From assembly GCA_963693365.1 (NCBI GenBank), contig CAVNZM010000006.1:11101355-11165354 (forward strand): a stretch of 64,000 nt of DNA. The letters run 5' to 3'. Shown one piece after another: positions 1 through 28,886 of the stretch (within the stretch, counting starts at the first letter, position 1; each line of letters starts with the position of its first letter). The position numbers were made by a program, and so were the translations under genes. A model generated the notes under the pieces. The model made no database searches. It was not told the DNA's origin and was given only the letters and a program-made list of their open reading frames with translations. This DNA is from Amoebidium appalachense. Lineage: Eukaryota; Protista; Ichthyosporea.

Positions 1-12
1 ACCCGACCACAG

Positions 13-7015
<7,003 letters not shown>

Positions 7016-7039
7016 AGGATTCTGCTGTGCTTTGGGTTT

Positions 7040-10763
<3,724 letters not shown>

Positions 10764-12039
10764 GACCAACGGACACGTTCGAGACTTGCACATGCATGAG
10801 AAGGTGCTAACTATATGTCTTCTTATACCTAAACTTGCTCGGGGCGTTAGAGGCACGCAGATCGCTTTCTCCGCTGTCTTATCAAGAAGTTCATCACGAT
10901 GTATTTATGAGGATCAAGCTGGCACACAACGTTAACGGTAATTAGTAAACGGAGATGCCAGGTCAGAAGATGGCCCACCAGCTTGACATTGATCTCTCTA
11001 CACTTTCCTTGGCCAGAACACACCAAACCATCAAAGTTTTTGTGTATATTTGCTACTTCTCCCCGTCCCTTCTTCCTGTCACCCATATAATAAACTTTTA
11101 CAATAGGTTTCGTTTTTCGTTTCCCTGGGCTTCGTTCATGGCCGGCCTAATATTAGCTGGCCGGCCTTGTCTTTGTGCGCTGAGCCGACGGCACCACGGT
11201 CCGCGGCCGGTGAGTCTGGGAAACTTTCGGCGCCACTCAAACTGATTGGCTCAGATTGTATCGCACACAATAGTGTGTGATAATTAACAGGGTTTTAAAT
11301 TTGCAAATTACAAATACTAATCTTTAAACAGTTTTAAGCGCTATATGCGTTTACTGGATTGCCGCCTTTCAAATAAAAGGCAGGGAAGCTGCTTGGGGAT
11401 TCTTGATTTTGAAACGTGGAGAGGGGTAGTGTTATTAGTAACTTTTGGGAAGGCGAAACCCACCCACCCCTTTGGGCAGGTGGTCGGGGCTCTTGCTAGC
11501 AGGGGGAAGGTGGGGGGAGGACGACCCACTACTGATCACTACCCACCCACCAGGAGCTGCCATCATGATGACTACATCAGATAATATGATCATATATTAG
11601 TACTATAAGGTAGCAGCGGTTTACATACCTTACCAAAACGTAAACATTGAGGCTAGCATTACATAGATAGGGGTACTACTTGATCATCCGATGATGAATG
11701 AAGCTCAGGCTATTTGCCGTACGGTCTTTCTCCCCCCGTCCCCCCCCACCTCTCTCGCACACGCCTCTAGTCGCCCCACCGCGCGCGCACACACGCACAC
11801 ACGCACACAGGTATTCAATACATTATTCACACGTACCTGCACACACATGTGCCACACACGCACACGAGGAGCACATACTTTGACCAACGATGAGCACCCG
11901 ACATACGCATGAACATGCAGATACACAAACCCACACTACACACACATACATTCCCCGCCACACGGCTTTGCACACAAACACTGCACCGTCAGCCGATAAC
12001 CTTGCCCCCAAATTCATAAGTTAAAAATAGTTGGCCGTT

Positions 12040-12089
<50 letters not shown>

Positions 12090-12289
12090 ACGCGCGTGCA
12101 CGTGTGTACGTGCATTAATCATGATATTTTACTTGTGTAAATGAGCAGTGACTCAGGGAGGGGGGGGGGGGGGAGGTGGGTAGGACTTGCAGAGGGCGGG
12201 AAGGGCGGAGGGAAGGGGGGGGTCGTTAGAAAACGCGATAGAGCATAATGGTACATAGTACACATTTGCCGCGGACAACAGATACCGCC

Positions 12290-12392
12290 CACCATTAAGA
12301 ATACCCGTCAATAGGAATACGCTAGCGCCCAAGTCCAATTTTTTTTAAGCATGTGCACCGCAGCCAGATTTTGGGATATTCTTAATGGCGTA
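12290..12392. mobile_element. ~100-bp inverted-repeat element (mini-MITE), copy 1
   Basis: CCATTAAGAATACCC ... GGGATATTCTTAATGG inverted ends. The interior (TTTTTT..GCACCGC..TTTTGGG) is shared with copy 2. Confidence 0.5.
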
Positions 12393-12691
12393 CTGACCTT
12401 TAAACTTTGCTGGATCATGCATACTCATGCCCCCCCCCCCCCCCCCCCCCCCCCTCCCCCCCTCCCTCTCTCCCCCCTTCAACACACACACCCCAACCCT
12501 CCCCTCCCCATGTCTCCCCCTCCCCCTCCCCCCTCCCCCCCCCCTCTCCTCCCCTCAACAGTGTACATGTCACACACACCAACCCTCCCCCTCCCCATCT
12601 CCCCCCCCCCCCCCCCCCTCCCCCCCCCCCCCCTCTCCGGCCCCCTGTCCCCCCCCCCCCCCCCCCCCCCCCGCCCCCGGGGGGGCCCGGG

Positions 12692-12775
12692 TCATTTAAG
12701 AATATGATAGCAGCCATGCAGAAATTTTTTGAATATGCACCGCGACCACGTTTTGGGGGGGGTTCTTAATGGCGG
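12692..12775. mobile_element. Mini-MITE copy 2 (degenerate)
   Basis: TTAAGAATA ... TTTTTTGAATATGCACCGCGACCACGTTTTGGGG..TTCTTAATGGCG is similar to 12290-12392. Confidence 0.45.
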
Positions 12776-12913
12776 ATGGCATCTGAACACAAAGCAGACC
12801 TTGCAAATTAACACACAAAGAATATGCATCCGGCAGAAGAAGAGCACCAGCACGAAGAGGTGGGAAGTATGTGTGTGAGTGAGTGTGCGCGCGCGTGTGT
12901 GTGTGCGTTGTGT

Positions 12914-12967
<54 letters not shown>

Positions 12968-14031
12968 GAGAGAGAGGGGGGGGCCGGGGGTATATGCATT
13001 AGTGGCCAAAGCGGAAGCAATTTTCTCCCAAAAAAAAAAAAAAAAAAAAAGGTTAACGAATGCAACCTTTGGTGAGTGAAAAAGAGACTCTGGCCATGAT
13101 CACGCTCACGCGCGGGAGGAGCGGGGGGGAAGGGGGGGGGGGGGGGGGGGAGGGGGGGAGGGGGGGGGAGGGGGGCCCACCATGGCCACCCCACTTGCCC
13201 AGGCGGTTCCCTCTCCCAGGGGAGGGGGGGGGGGGGGGGGGAGGGAAGGGGGGGGGATCCACCCACCCCACCCCCTGGAGGAGGTGTGTACCCTCCGCCT
13301 CGGAGGGGGGGGGGGGGGGGGGGAGGGGGGGGGGGGGAGGGAATACCACCAGGCAGGACGTCGATATTTACTACTCCCCCCCCCGTACGATGTCAAATTC
13401 AAAAATCCCATGATGAATGGTTTCACATTGGTTGAATATACCTCAGTATCCAGCACTAGCGGCCATAGGCAGGACTCTGCTGCCGGAGGGGGTATGGTGC
13501 AGGTGTGCCTGACTCAATTTAGTGGGTTCGACAGCACATTTGAGATAAATCTTCTTAGTATAGTATCACGTAGTATACCTCCGTGCACGGTGTTTCGAAG
13601 TGATGGTTTGTGTAATGGCGTGTGCATGCAAGTGTGTTCAGCGCTTTGAACTTTTGTAAAGTGTGCAACACGTATCATAAAGTGGGTGCGGGAGTATGCC
13701 CCACCCGATTCATTTTTTGTGCGTTCCTGTGTCCAGAAATACGAGTGTGTACTGTGTGTATGCGCGCACGCACGTGCGCACGTCTGTGTGACATTGTGCC
13801 TGCCTGTGTGCCTGTCTGTGCGTGTGACTGTCAGCATCTGTATGTGTGTATGCACGCGACATTTCGCCAAGGCTAGTTATATGTCTGCCAGTGTGCCCGT
13901 CTGTTAGTATGTCAGTGTGTGTGTGTGTGTGTGTGTGTGCGAGCGAATGCATCATGGTGTGTGTGCACGCTTGCTTATGTCATATTGTTCTTCCATTTTT
14001 CCGGGGGAAGGAGGGAGAAGGAGGGAGGCAG

Positions 14032-14068
<37 letters not shown>

Positions 14069-14581
14069 TACTTGTACGTGTGCTGGTTCCCCCCTTCTGT
14101 ACGTTGTGCGCTCAAATGAAACGTGTGCGCGTGTTCATGTGCATGTGTCTGGCACATGCACGTGCACGTGTACTGGGGGGGGGGGGGGGGGGGGGGATGA
14201 ATTCATGATATCTGCAGGAGGCTGACAGTAGGAAAGACAGAGCAGAGAATGAACGAGGATGAACGTGGGTTCGTTGTCTTTCGGATTAATTTACTAATAC
14301 CATTTACGTGCAATGTATCAGCAACTCTATCACAGACGGAGCTGCAGGAAGAATTCAGAATTCAAAAACAATACAAAATATGTGAGGAAGGCATATGTAT
14401 TGCAAGTATGCACCACACAGCAAATATTTTTTAAAAAAATCATACTTCAACTATGATCATAGCAAATCATCTACTCGTTGCTAGTGTTCTGAGAAACAAC
14501 TTTCTGAGCAACTATCTATATCTGAACACTACGTATCAGTGGTGCACATGGTCGATCTCGCAGGATGCACACTCCTCTCCA

Positions 14582-15826
14582 TTATGCGGCCGTTTTTGCC
14601 TGTTTGACGTCGGCACCGTACTCACCCACAGTGCCCAATACAGCCAGGCGCAGGGACTCGTGGCGGTAACACAATTTGCCGTCGACAAATGTCCCCAAGA
14701 CGTCCAAATCGTCGTTCAAAAAGACAAAATCCGCATCCGCTCCCGGCTTCAAGTGGCCCTTGCGGTCAGCCACGCCCAGGGCCTGGGCCGGCCGCAGGGA
14801 TGCCGCCTGCAGGACCTCCTCGGTGGTGCAGCCGGTGAAGTGGCGGAAGTTCTTGACGCACGTGGCCATGTCCACGGCACTGCCGGCCAGGGTGTCTGTG
14901 CCCGTGATGGTGGCCTTGATGCCCACCACGGTCACGTCCATGTCCCCCAGCTTGTGTGCCCCCTCGGGCAGGCCCATGGCCGCCATGGCGTCGGTGACCA
15001 GCATGATGCCCTCGGGGTGCCCCTGGTAGGCCACACGGATCGAGCACGGGTGCGTGTGGATGCCGTCAGCAATGATCCCGTAGTACGGCCGGTAGCCCAC
15101 TTCGCCCAGCAGGCCCACCACACCGGGATCACGGTGGTGGAAGGCCGACATGGCGTTGAACATGTGTGTGACCATGGTGGCCCCTGCAGCAATGCCGGCT
15201 GCGGCCTCGTCAAAGTGTGCGGCCGTGTGGCCGATGGACGCAACAATGCCCCTCTCGGTCAGCCCCTGGATGGCCTCCAAGGCACCGGGCAGCTCGGGTG
15301 CGAGCGTAACGATGGACACGTTGGACAGGTCCCCATACCGCTCAACCAGCGACTCCATGCCCTTGAGCGGGCTGGCAATGACACGCTCGTCGTGTGCACC
15401 TTTCTTCTCCTTGTTGATGAACGGCCCCTCCAAGTGGTAGCCGAGAACAGTGGCACCGGTCTCTGGTCCGCCCTGGTAACGCTGGAAGCGCGGTAGAGTG
15501 GTGTGGTACTTGTGTGCAGGGGATGTGACAAGTGTAGGACAGAAGGCTGTCACGCCGTGCGCTAGAATGCCCTTTCCTACCGTCTGAACGTCTTCTAGTG
15601 TGCATTTTTCGTCGCTGAAATCAACGCCAAATGCGCCATTCAACTGCACCTCAATGAATCCAGGCGACACAATGTGGCCGTTACCGTCAACCGTCTGAAA
15701 GTCGAAGTGTGTCAGCTCGGAGCGTGGGGGAGCATCTACAACTTTGCCGTCCTGCACCCACAGGTCCTCCCATTCTAGTTTGTCGTCGCGAAGAACGCGG
15801 ACATTGGTGAAGCGCGTGAGACACAT
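14582..15826 (-). CDS. AMDHD2: N-acetylglucosamine-6-phosphate deacetylase (AMDHD2/NagA), intronless
   Basis: Uninterrupted 414-aa ORF from MCLTRFTNVRVLR. Motifs: PGFIEVQLNGAFGVDF, HGVTAFCPTLVTS, GYHLEGPFI..KKGAH, TLAPEL, GHT, THMFNAM..FHHRDPG, IADGIH, LVTDAM, TLAGS, GADADFV. The N-terminus resembles the eukaryotic AMDHD2 type. The upstream ATG at 15889 lies only ~20 nt from the TATA box and is a less likely start. Confidence 0.95.
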   Translation of the reverse strand: MCLTRFTNVRVLRDDKLEWEDLWVQDGKVVDAPPRSELTHFDFQTVDGNGHIVSPGFIEVQLNGAFGVDFSDEKCTLEDVQTVGKGILAHGVTAFCPTLVTSPAHKYHTTLPRFQRYQGGPETGATVLGYHLEGPFINKEKKGAHDERVIASPLKGMESLVERYGDLSNVSIVTLAPELPGALEAIQGLTERGIVASIGHTAAHFDEAAAGIAAGATMVTHMFNAMSAFHHRDPGVVGLLGEVGYRPYYGIIADGIHTHPCSIRVAYQGHPEGIMLVTDAMAAMGLPEGAHKLGDMDVTVVGIKATITGTDTLAGSAVDMATCVKNFRHFTGCTTEEVLQAASLRPAQALGVADRKGHLKPGADADFVFLNDDLDVLGTFVDGKLCYRHESLRLAVLGTVGEYGADVKQAKTAA

Positions 15827-15907
15827 TGTAGCTGTAAAGGAGTGCCTAAAGGGGAGTGTTTTGTTTTTGTGTAGGGTCAAATCTGTCATAAATCTGTGCC
15901 CCTAAGG

Positions 15908-15916
15908 CTTTATATA
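15908..15916 (-). promoter_or_regulatory. TATA box of AMDHD2
   Basis: TATATAAAG on the minus strand ~80 nt upstream of ATG 15826. CCAAT/ATTGG motifs lie at ~15949, ~15984 and ~16118. Confidence 0.5.
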
Positions 15917-17291
15917 CCCTTGGGCTCACCTCGTCACTCGCTCATACACCAATCGGATTTGCCAGATCTTCTGGATTTATTTCATTGGTTGACTATTGGG
16001 GCTCTGAGTGGCTTCGACTTTTTGCTACATGATATACCACGAATCATAATGTCTGAAATGAGCTTCGGCGCATTCCTAGCGAGCCACAAGTTGAACACGG
16101 GAAGATCATGTATTCCGATTGGTAGATCATCGTGTGAGCACATTCTTCTTTTGTTCTCCCTATACTCCAGCACAAATCTGGTGTTACGCAATCGAGAAGA
16201 GTGTTCACCAAAGTTAGCACTGTGAGGTCCGCAAGTTATGATCACGAGGCCGTAGGCCGAGTGATCATAAATTGCGAGACTGAGCAGTGGTAACTTTCGG
16301 TGAACACGGCTTCGAGTTGCGTAATGAGGTTTGGCCACGAGAAGTTTTCATTCTGTATTTTTGTTAACAATAGTATTATCCTAATAGTTTTTTTCTTTTG
16401 CGTTATCTTATTATCAAACCTTTTTATATTATTTTTTATATTATTAATTACTGTTTCTGTTGTTGTTATTGAAGTGCGCCTACCTTCAATTCATATCATT
16501 AGCAGATCTCTGTCATAAGCATGCGCTGTGTCATGATGAAGAACCCCGGACTCTAACGAGGTGAGGTGTCGAGAAAGCGCGCACACGAGCGTGTGACGGC
16601 TTCGAGGACGAAGCCTGTTGGGAGGGGGGGGTTGTGGGATGGCAAAGGCATATAGCATTGGTGTTTCTCCCTGAAGGAGAGTTAGCCTTTTTGGCCCAGA
16701 TGGTCAAGCCTTCATCGGCCTGAGGACACCAAGTGCTCAGGTTCAGATCCCGATGGAGGAGGCCTTTTTGTGAGCCATACTTCATGCGCAACTGCAGTGT
16801 AATAATACAACTCTTTTGATGGTTTGGTTTACACAGTCTATCTATCACAAAATCCAAATGTAGGCCTACACTGTGCTGATGTACAATACTACGCAATATG
16901 CCACGAAATGGCGACAAGCCGGACATAATGATTCGGAACACTTCACAGTACGGAAAAGTGCGTTCCCCTGGGATCCTCCGGATAGCCGGATATGAATGAT
17001 GGGCACAAATGGCGATCAACCTGTACACACTGCATCTGTTTGCGGTGTACAGCTGTAGCCGTGGCGTACTTGCTAACAAGCTACAAAAAAGTAAACAATG
17101 TTATTTTCAGGCTTTCACAATCACACGTAACGTCTGGCTGGTTGCTGAAGTACTGATTTTTTGCACACATTTGGGCCCTTCTGAGCTTATGCTACTACAG
17201 TTTGATGCTTTTTGTGCAGCCGCTATCACTGATCCACTGCGCTTGTTTGAATTGTTACGGTATGAGGGATATCTATCTAAGAGATGTGATA

Positions 17292-17327
<36 letters not shown>

Positions 17328-17590
17328 GGTGCCGAGCCTCCGTCCTCCCCCCCCCCCCCCCCTCCCCGCCCATTCCCCCCCTCCCCCCTCCCCCCCCCCC
17401 CTCCCCCCGGGCCCCCAACCTCTCCCCCAACCCCTAACTAAGATTAATAATTTTGTCAGCATTATATGGTTGCAAGGTGCACGTGTGGATGTGTGCCTGT
17501 TTGCGTGTGTGTGTGTGTGCCACGACACGTGTGTGTGTGTGGTGTGTGTGTGTGTATGTGTGTGTGTTTGTGGCATACAGTGTGTGTGTA

Positions 17591-17622
<32 letters not shown>

Positions 17623-17648
17623 TGTGTGTGTGTGTGTGTACTGTATGT

Positions 17649-17686
<38 letters not shown>

Positions 17687-18091
17687 GTATGTCAGTGTAT
17701 AGTGTGTGTTTGCACGGGCGTGTGCACGTACACGTAGCTGCGTGTGTGTAGTAGTGCTCTGAGTCAGTGGATATATATGGAGTGGTGTGTGTGGGTGGAC
17801 GCGAGGGCCAGTGAGCAGGACGGATAACCGGGGTGGTGGTACCAGCGCTGCACTGGAGGGGTGGGGCAATAGCCTGGGGGTACACGGTGTGTGTGTCATA
17901 TCAGGCTACCACGTAGTAGTGACTATGAGGGCGATGGAAACTAGTGGGGTGCTAAAACAAGAAGTTTATTGCCTTTCATCAGGAAAAATGTAAAAAAAAA
18001 CAAAAAAAAAAAAAAACAAACAGTGGCACCTCTGGCTCTAGATCTTAGTGTCTCTCCAAGTTTTCTAAGCTGCATTAAGGAAGGCCTAGAG

Positions 18092-18553
<462 letters not shown>

Positions 18554-18692
18554 CGGGGTGGGGGGAGGGGGAGGGGGGGGAGGGGAGGGGGGAGGGGTGC
18601 AACAGCTGCATCCGATGACAGTTTTATTATGGAGTGGCGGATGCACCAGACGGGAACCGATGGCTGCAACAATAATTCAATAGTAACTTAGT

Positions 18693-18943
18693 GTCAGCAG
18701 AACAAACCTGCTCCGAGCAGAATTATTCTGAAAAAATCTCAACTATTCTGCAACTATTGCTGTAATAGAACTGTTCTGTTCACGGCAGCTGCTGCTGAGT
18801 AAACTCGCTCCAAGCACTGGACAATTCTGCTCCGAAATGACTTAAATTTTGAAAAGGCTGCCTTTGCAGAATAAATCTGCTTTTACTGAGTAAGAATATT
18901 TCTTAAGTTTAGCTTGCAGAAGTGAATTCTGCTGATGTGGTTG
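18693..18943. mobile_element. Diverged copy of the 20.7-kb foldback MITE family
   Basis: Same GCAGAATTATTCTG units and the same right end (..TCTGCTGATGTGGTTG). The left TIR is eroded. Confidence 0.55.
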
Positions 18944-19977
18944 GGTCGAGTCTTTGCGCAGGGAGAGGGTGGATAGGGTGGGGGGAAGGGGCAGATTATT
19001 TGAGTTCTTCTTTCGGGCCCCAAACTGTGACATCGCTGAACACAAAGAGGTAGCAGCACAGCAAAGTCCAGCGAGCGTTCAAATGATGCACAACGATTAT
19101 GATAATGTCTGTACCCCCCCCCCCCCCCCCCCCCCCGCGGCCCCGCCCCCCCTCCTCTCCCCCCCCCCCTTCCCCCCCCCCTCCCCCGCGCCCCCCCCTC
19201 GCCCCTCCCCCCCCCCTCCTGCGCATGCTCGCCTCCTTCCTTCTACTACTGTACCCTCTGCCGCCACATGCAGAACATGATACTGAAATGGCCTTGACAT
19301 CATGGTAGGCATCCACACAGTAGCAGTATGTCGTCTTTGCCTTACTCCCCCCCCCCCTGCCGGAGTAACCAAGACCACACCCAAATGAGGGTGATCATTC
19401 AGGAAGGTATTTGCATATTTGGATGTCCTGGACCATGGCGTGAGCTGCCTTGGCACCTTTTTGTTCTTCCTTTTTTTCCGAGACTCGAAGGTAGAGAAGA
19501 AAAAGGACATGGGGAGGCTTCGGAGTGATGAGACCTATATCATAGTGACTAGACCTTTTTTTTTTTTTTTTTTGGATTCTTAACAACCCGAACCTTTTTA
19601 CACGCTGCAGTCTGAACCGTTGCCGCAAGCACATGGCTTGCTTTTTAGGGAACATCCAGAGGGCTACTAGTTTGTGAGAGAAATCGGAAGAGGGGAAAAG
19701 ACTCCAAGGGCTGCTGCAGCAGAAGGGAAGGGGGGAGAGTGGGGTGGGGGGGGGGCCGGGGGGTGTTGGGGGAGGGGGGGGGGGGGGGGGTGGGGGTGGG
19801 GGGGGGGGTGCGTTTGGGGATATCTTGTCTGGGGAGGGAATCATGATGGGGGAGGAGGGGAATCGTCACAGCATTTTCAACAGAGACTCGTTTTATTGCA
19901 TGCTAATTTTGTACATCTTACAAATATTTCTCTCCCTTAGATTTGCTGCTTGAGACATACTTGAACTGATTGTGCAT

Positions 19978-20013
<36 letters not shown>

Positions 20014-20702
20014 CCGCAGTAGAAAAAAATCAAGACTACTTTTACAAAAGGGCAAGAGGGTTCGAAGGAGGAATAGCCCCTCCCCTGCCCCCAACATTCT
20101 CCGTAACATAGTCACACCAGTACCGTGGCACACATGCATATGGGAACACACGGGCACGCGCGTGCGCACGCACACATAACCATACAAACAAACAACTCGA
20201 AACATGTGCAATCTCACGTGCATTCTGGTATCATGTAACATCAAGCCCAAGTAGTGTTGGCCTCATGCTCTTAAAAGGTTTCTTTTAGGCCGATTAATTG
20301 GCCACATTCCAGGACATCCGGGGAAAAGGTGACATCAAAATTCTGAACTGCAATCTTCCTCCTAACGCTTGGTTATTCTTCTTTCCTTCTTCTTTCTTTT
20401 TTTCCCTTTTCCTTTTATTTTTTGGTTGTATCATGGCACATCTGTGCCTTGCTGCCGGCAAAACATGTCGTTAACCGGGACCGGCTCTGATGCGCAGCAG
20501 GCCAATCACATAGCTAGAAACCCCTCCGACCAGGCCTGACCCGACTCGGAAAGCTAAAAGAAACCCCCTTTAAAGCAATACGCCTTCGGATGGCCAATTG
20601 GATCCACTTGAACCAGGCAATAAAACCTTTAGTAGAGCCCATGAGCACACCCACATTACACATGACACACATGCGAACACACACACACACAGTGACAGGG
20701 GC

Positions 20703-20972
20703 CAACCACATCGACTGAGTCAATTTCTCCAAGCAGAATTATTTTGCAAAAAGCAGAATCATTCTGCTAAAATCTGCAAAAGCAGGATAATTCTGCAGAA
20801 GCAGAATTATTCTGCTAAGAGAATTATTCTGCGGATTCTGGTCAAAGCAGAATAATCCTGCTTTTGCAGAATAGTTCTGCTTTGTGCAGAATAATTCTGC
20901 TTTTTGCAGAACAATTAAGGTTTTTTGAAGAATAAGTCTGCTTTTTGCAAGTTGACTCTGCCGATGTGGTTG
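20703..20972. mobile_element. MITE-like foldback element built of GCAGAAT(A/T)ATTCTGC palindromes
   Basis: ~23-bp imperfect TIRs: CAACCACATCGACTGAGTCAATT on the left; the right end reverse-complements to CAACCACATCGGCAGAGTCAACT. The interior is tiled with ~14-bp palindromic units. No TSD seen. Confidence 0.7.
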
Positions 20973-21193
20973 CAAGCTCTCACACACGTGTACACACACA
21001 CACACACATGCACACACACAGCTCAGAACACTGGCAATGGCACGTATGTGCGCTCTTGTGTGCTACAAGCCCAATTTTTTTAGTCCGGCCTCACTGAGGC
21101 ACTGTATATATTCCCCCCTCCCCCCCCCCCCCCCCTCCCTCCGTCTCCTCGCTCAAAAAATCATTGATAATTTGAAAACAACAAAAGAACTGG

Positions 21194-21303
<110 letters not shown>

Positions 21304-21690
21304 CGTTCCACGTTCTGCCCCATGTGAGTTAAACTGTCGCTCATTAATATTGAGACGGCCGAGTCCCCAATCCTCCCCCCCCCCCCCCCCTCCCCCCTTT
21401 TGCAAAACCCCCCCCCCCCCCCCTCCCCCCCCCCCCCCCCTCCCCCCTCTTCCCAGTTCCCCTTACATAACGTTAACAGTAGCACCCCTATATATTCGGG
21501 TTCCCCGAAACATTTAACCTGGGTTCCCTCCTATCTCCCCACCTGCTCAAACGACGTAGATTTGCGCAAGCACGGGCTCTCCGACCGAACCCCGGGCCAC
21601 CCACGTGCACCGTGCAAGACCGGCAATGCCACCATGCATCATGATGGGTCATGGCAGCATCCAATCGAGTTACTCTCACAGTCTGGCCAG

Positions 21691-21979
21691 CAGGGGTGGG
21701 GCGGGTCCGTAAAAACAAAAGCGGGTCGGGTCGGGTCGGATTTGACTCCCGACGGGTCGAAAACGGGTTGACCGGGTCGGGTCATTTGCCTCAGCCCAGG
21801 GGCCCGCCACGGCGGCCCGACCGACCGACCTCCCCCCCTCCCTACCCCATCCCCACCACCCCCTTTGGCCGGACCCGGTACACCGGGTCTGGGGGCAGGC
21901 CAACGGGTCGATCAGGTCGGGTCGGGTCCAAGCCCCAACGGGTCAAAAAACCGGGTCGGGTAGACCCGCCCCAGCCCTG
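21691..21979. mobile_element. hAT-type MITE (~290 bp)
   Basis: 17-bp TIRs CAGGG(G/C)TGGGGCGGGTC (21691-21707 and 21963-21979, one mismatch). 8-bp target-site duplication CTGGCCAG/CTGGCCGG (7/8). Many subterminal GGGTC repeats. Confidence 0.85.
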
Positions 21980-22204
21980 CTGGCCGGTCTTGGCACAGTG
22001 CACGTGCTGCCATTATCAACCATACACGTGGCTGGGGTCATGCCCCATGGCCACGGATGCCTTCGCGCTCTGTCGCTGCAGGAACCCACCACGTGTTTAC
22101 TGACCCGGGAGTGCTGGGAGTGCCCGCTTTTCACAGCATCACCTAAATATGGTTATATTTCAAACACTCCTATTTGTCACCTACCGAGAAGCACGAACTG
22201 ATGC

Positions 22205-22260
22205 GCCAATGAGCGATGTTGGCCAATCAAAATGGCGGTTTACGGTTACCTGGTGATTGG
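22205..22260 (+). promoter_or_regulatory. TMEM165 proximal promoter: CCAAT boxes and a YY1-like AAAATGGCGG
   Basis: GCCAAT at ~22205 and ~22222, ATTGG at ~22256 and AAAATGGCGG at ~22229, about 300 nt upstream of the ATG. Motif match only. Confidence 0.4.
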
Positions 22261-22550
22261 TCTGCGTATCCACAGCTGCGCACACAAAGAGCAGTTACAA
22301 GTGCCTTCACTTCAGTTGTTTTTTATTTTGAAAGGGTTAGTTGGGGTCACCTTTTGGGGGTTATTGTAATAGGGTGTAGTGGCACAGCTAACACCAGGCT
22401 CCTTACTGCCTACTTGTCTCACTTGAGCCTTTTAACGCCTCCGCACGCAGTGCCGGGCGAGGTGCCTCCTGCCTTTTGCACGCCCCATCTTCTTACCCCA
22501 CATCAAGCAGTTCACCTCCGTAGAATAGGACACTTGCAACCTGTTTAACC

Positions 22551-28886
<6,336 letters not shown>

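Noticed and set aside
13410-13512. C/D box snoRNA candidate (ATGATGA...CTGA)
   Set aside because: No terminal stem or recognisable rRNA-complementary guide; these motifs are expected by chance.
14453-15496. 347-aa + strand ORF
   Set aside because: Antisense shadow of the GC3-rich AMDHD2 CDS with no recognisable motifs.
16531-17079. Minus-strand ORF containing GLLHRDL (protein-kinase-like)
   Set aside because: No other kinase motifs (GxGxxG, VAIK, DFG, APE) nearby; chance match.
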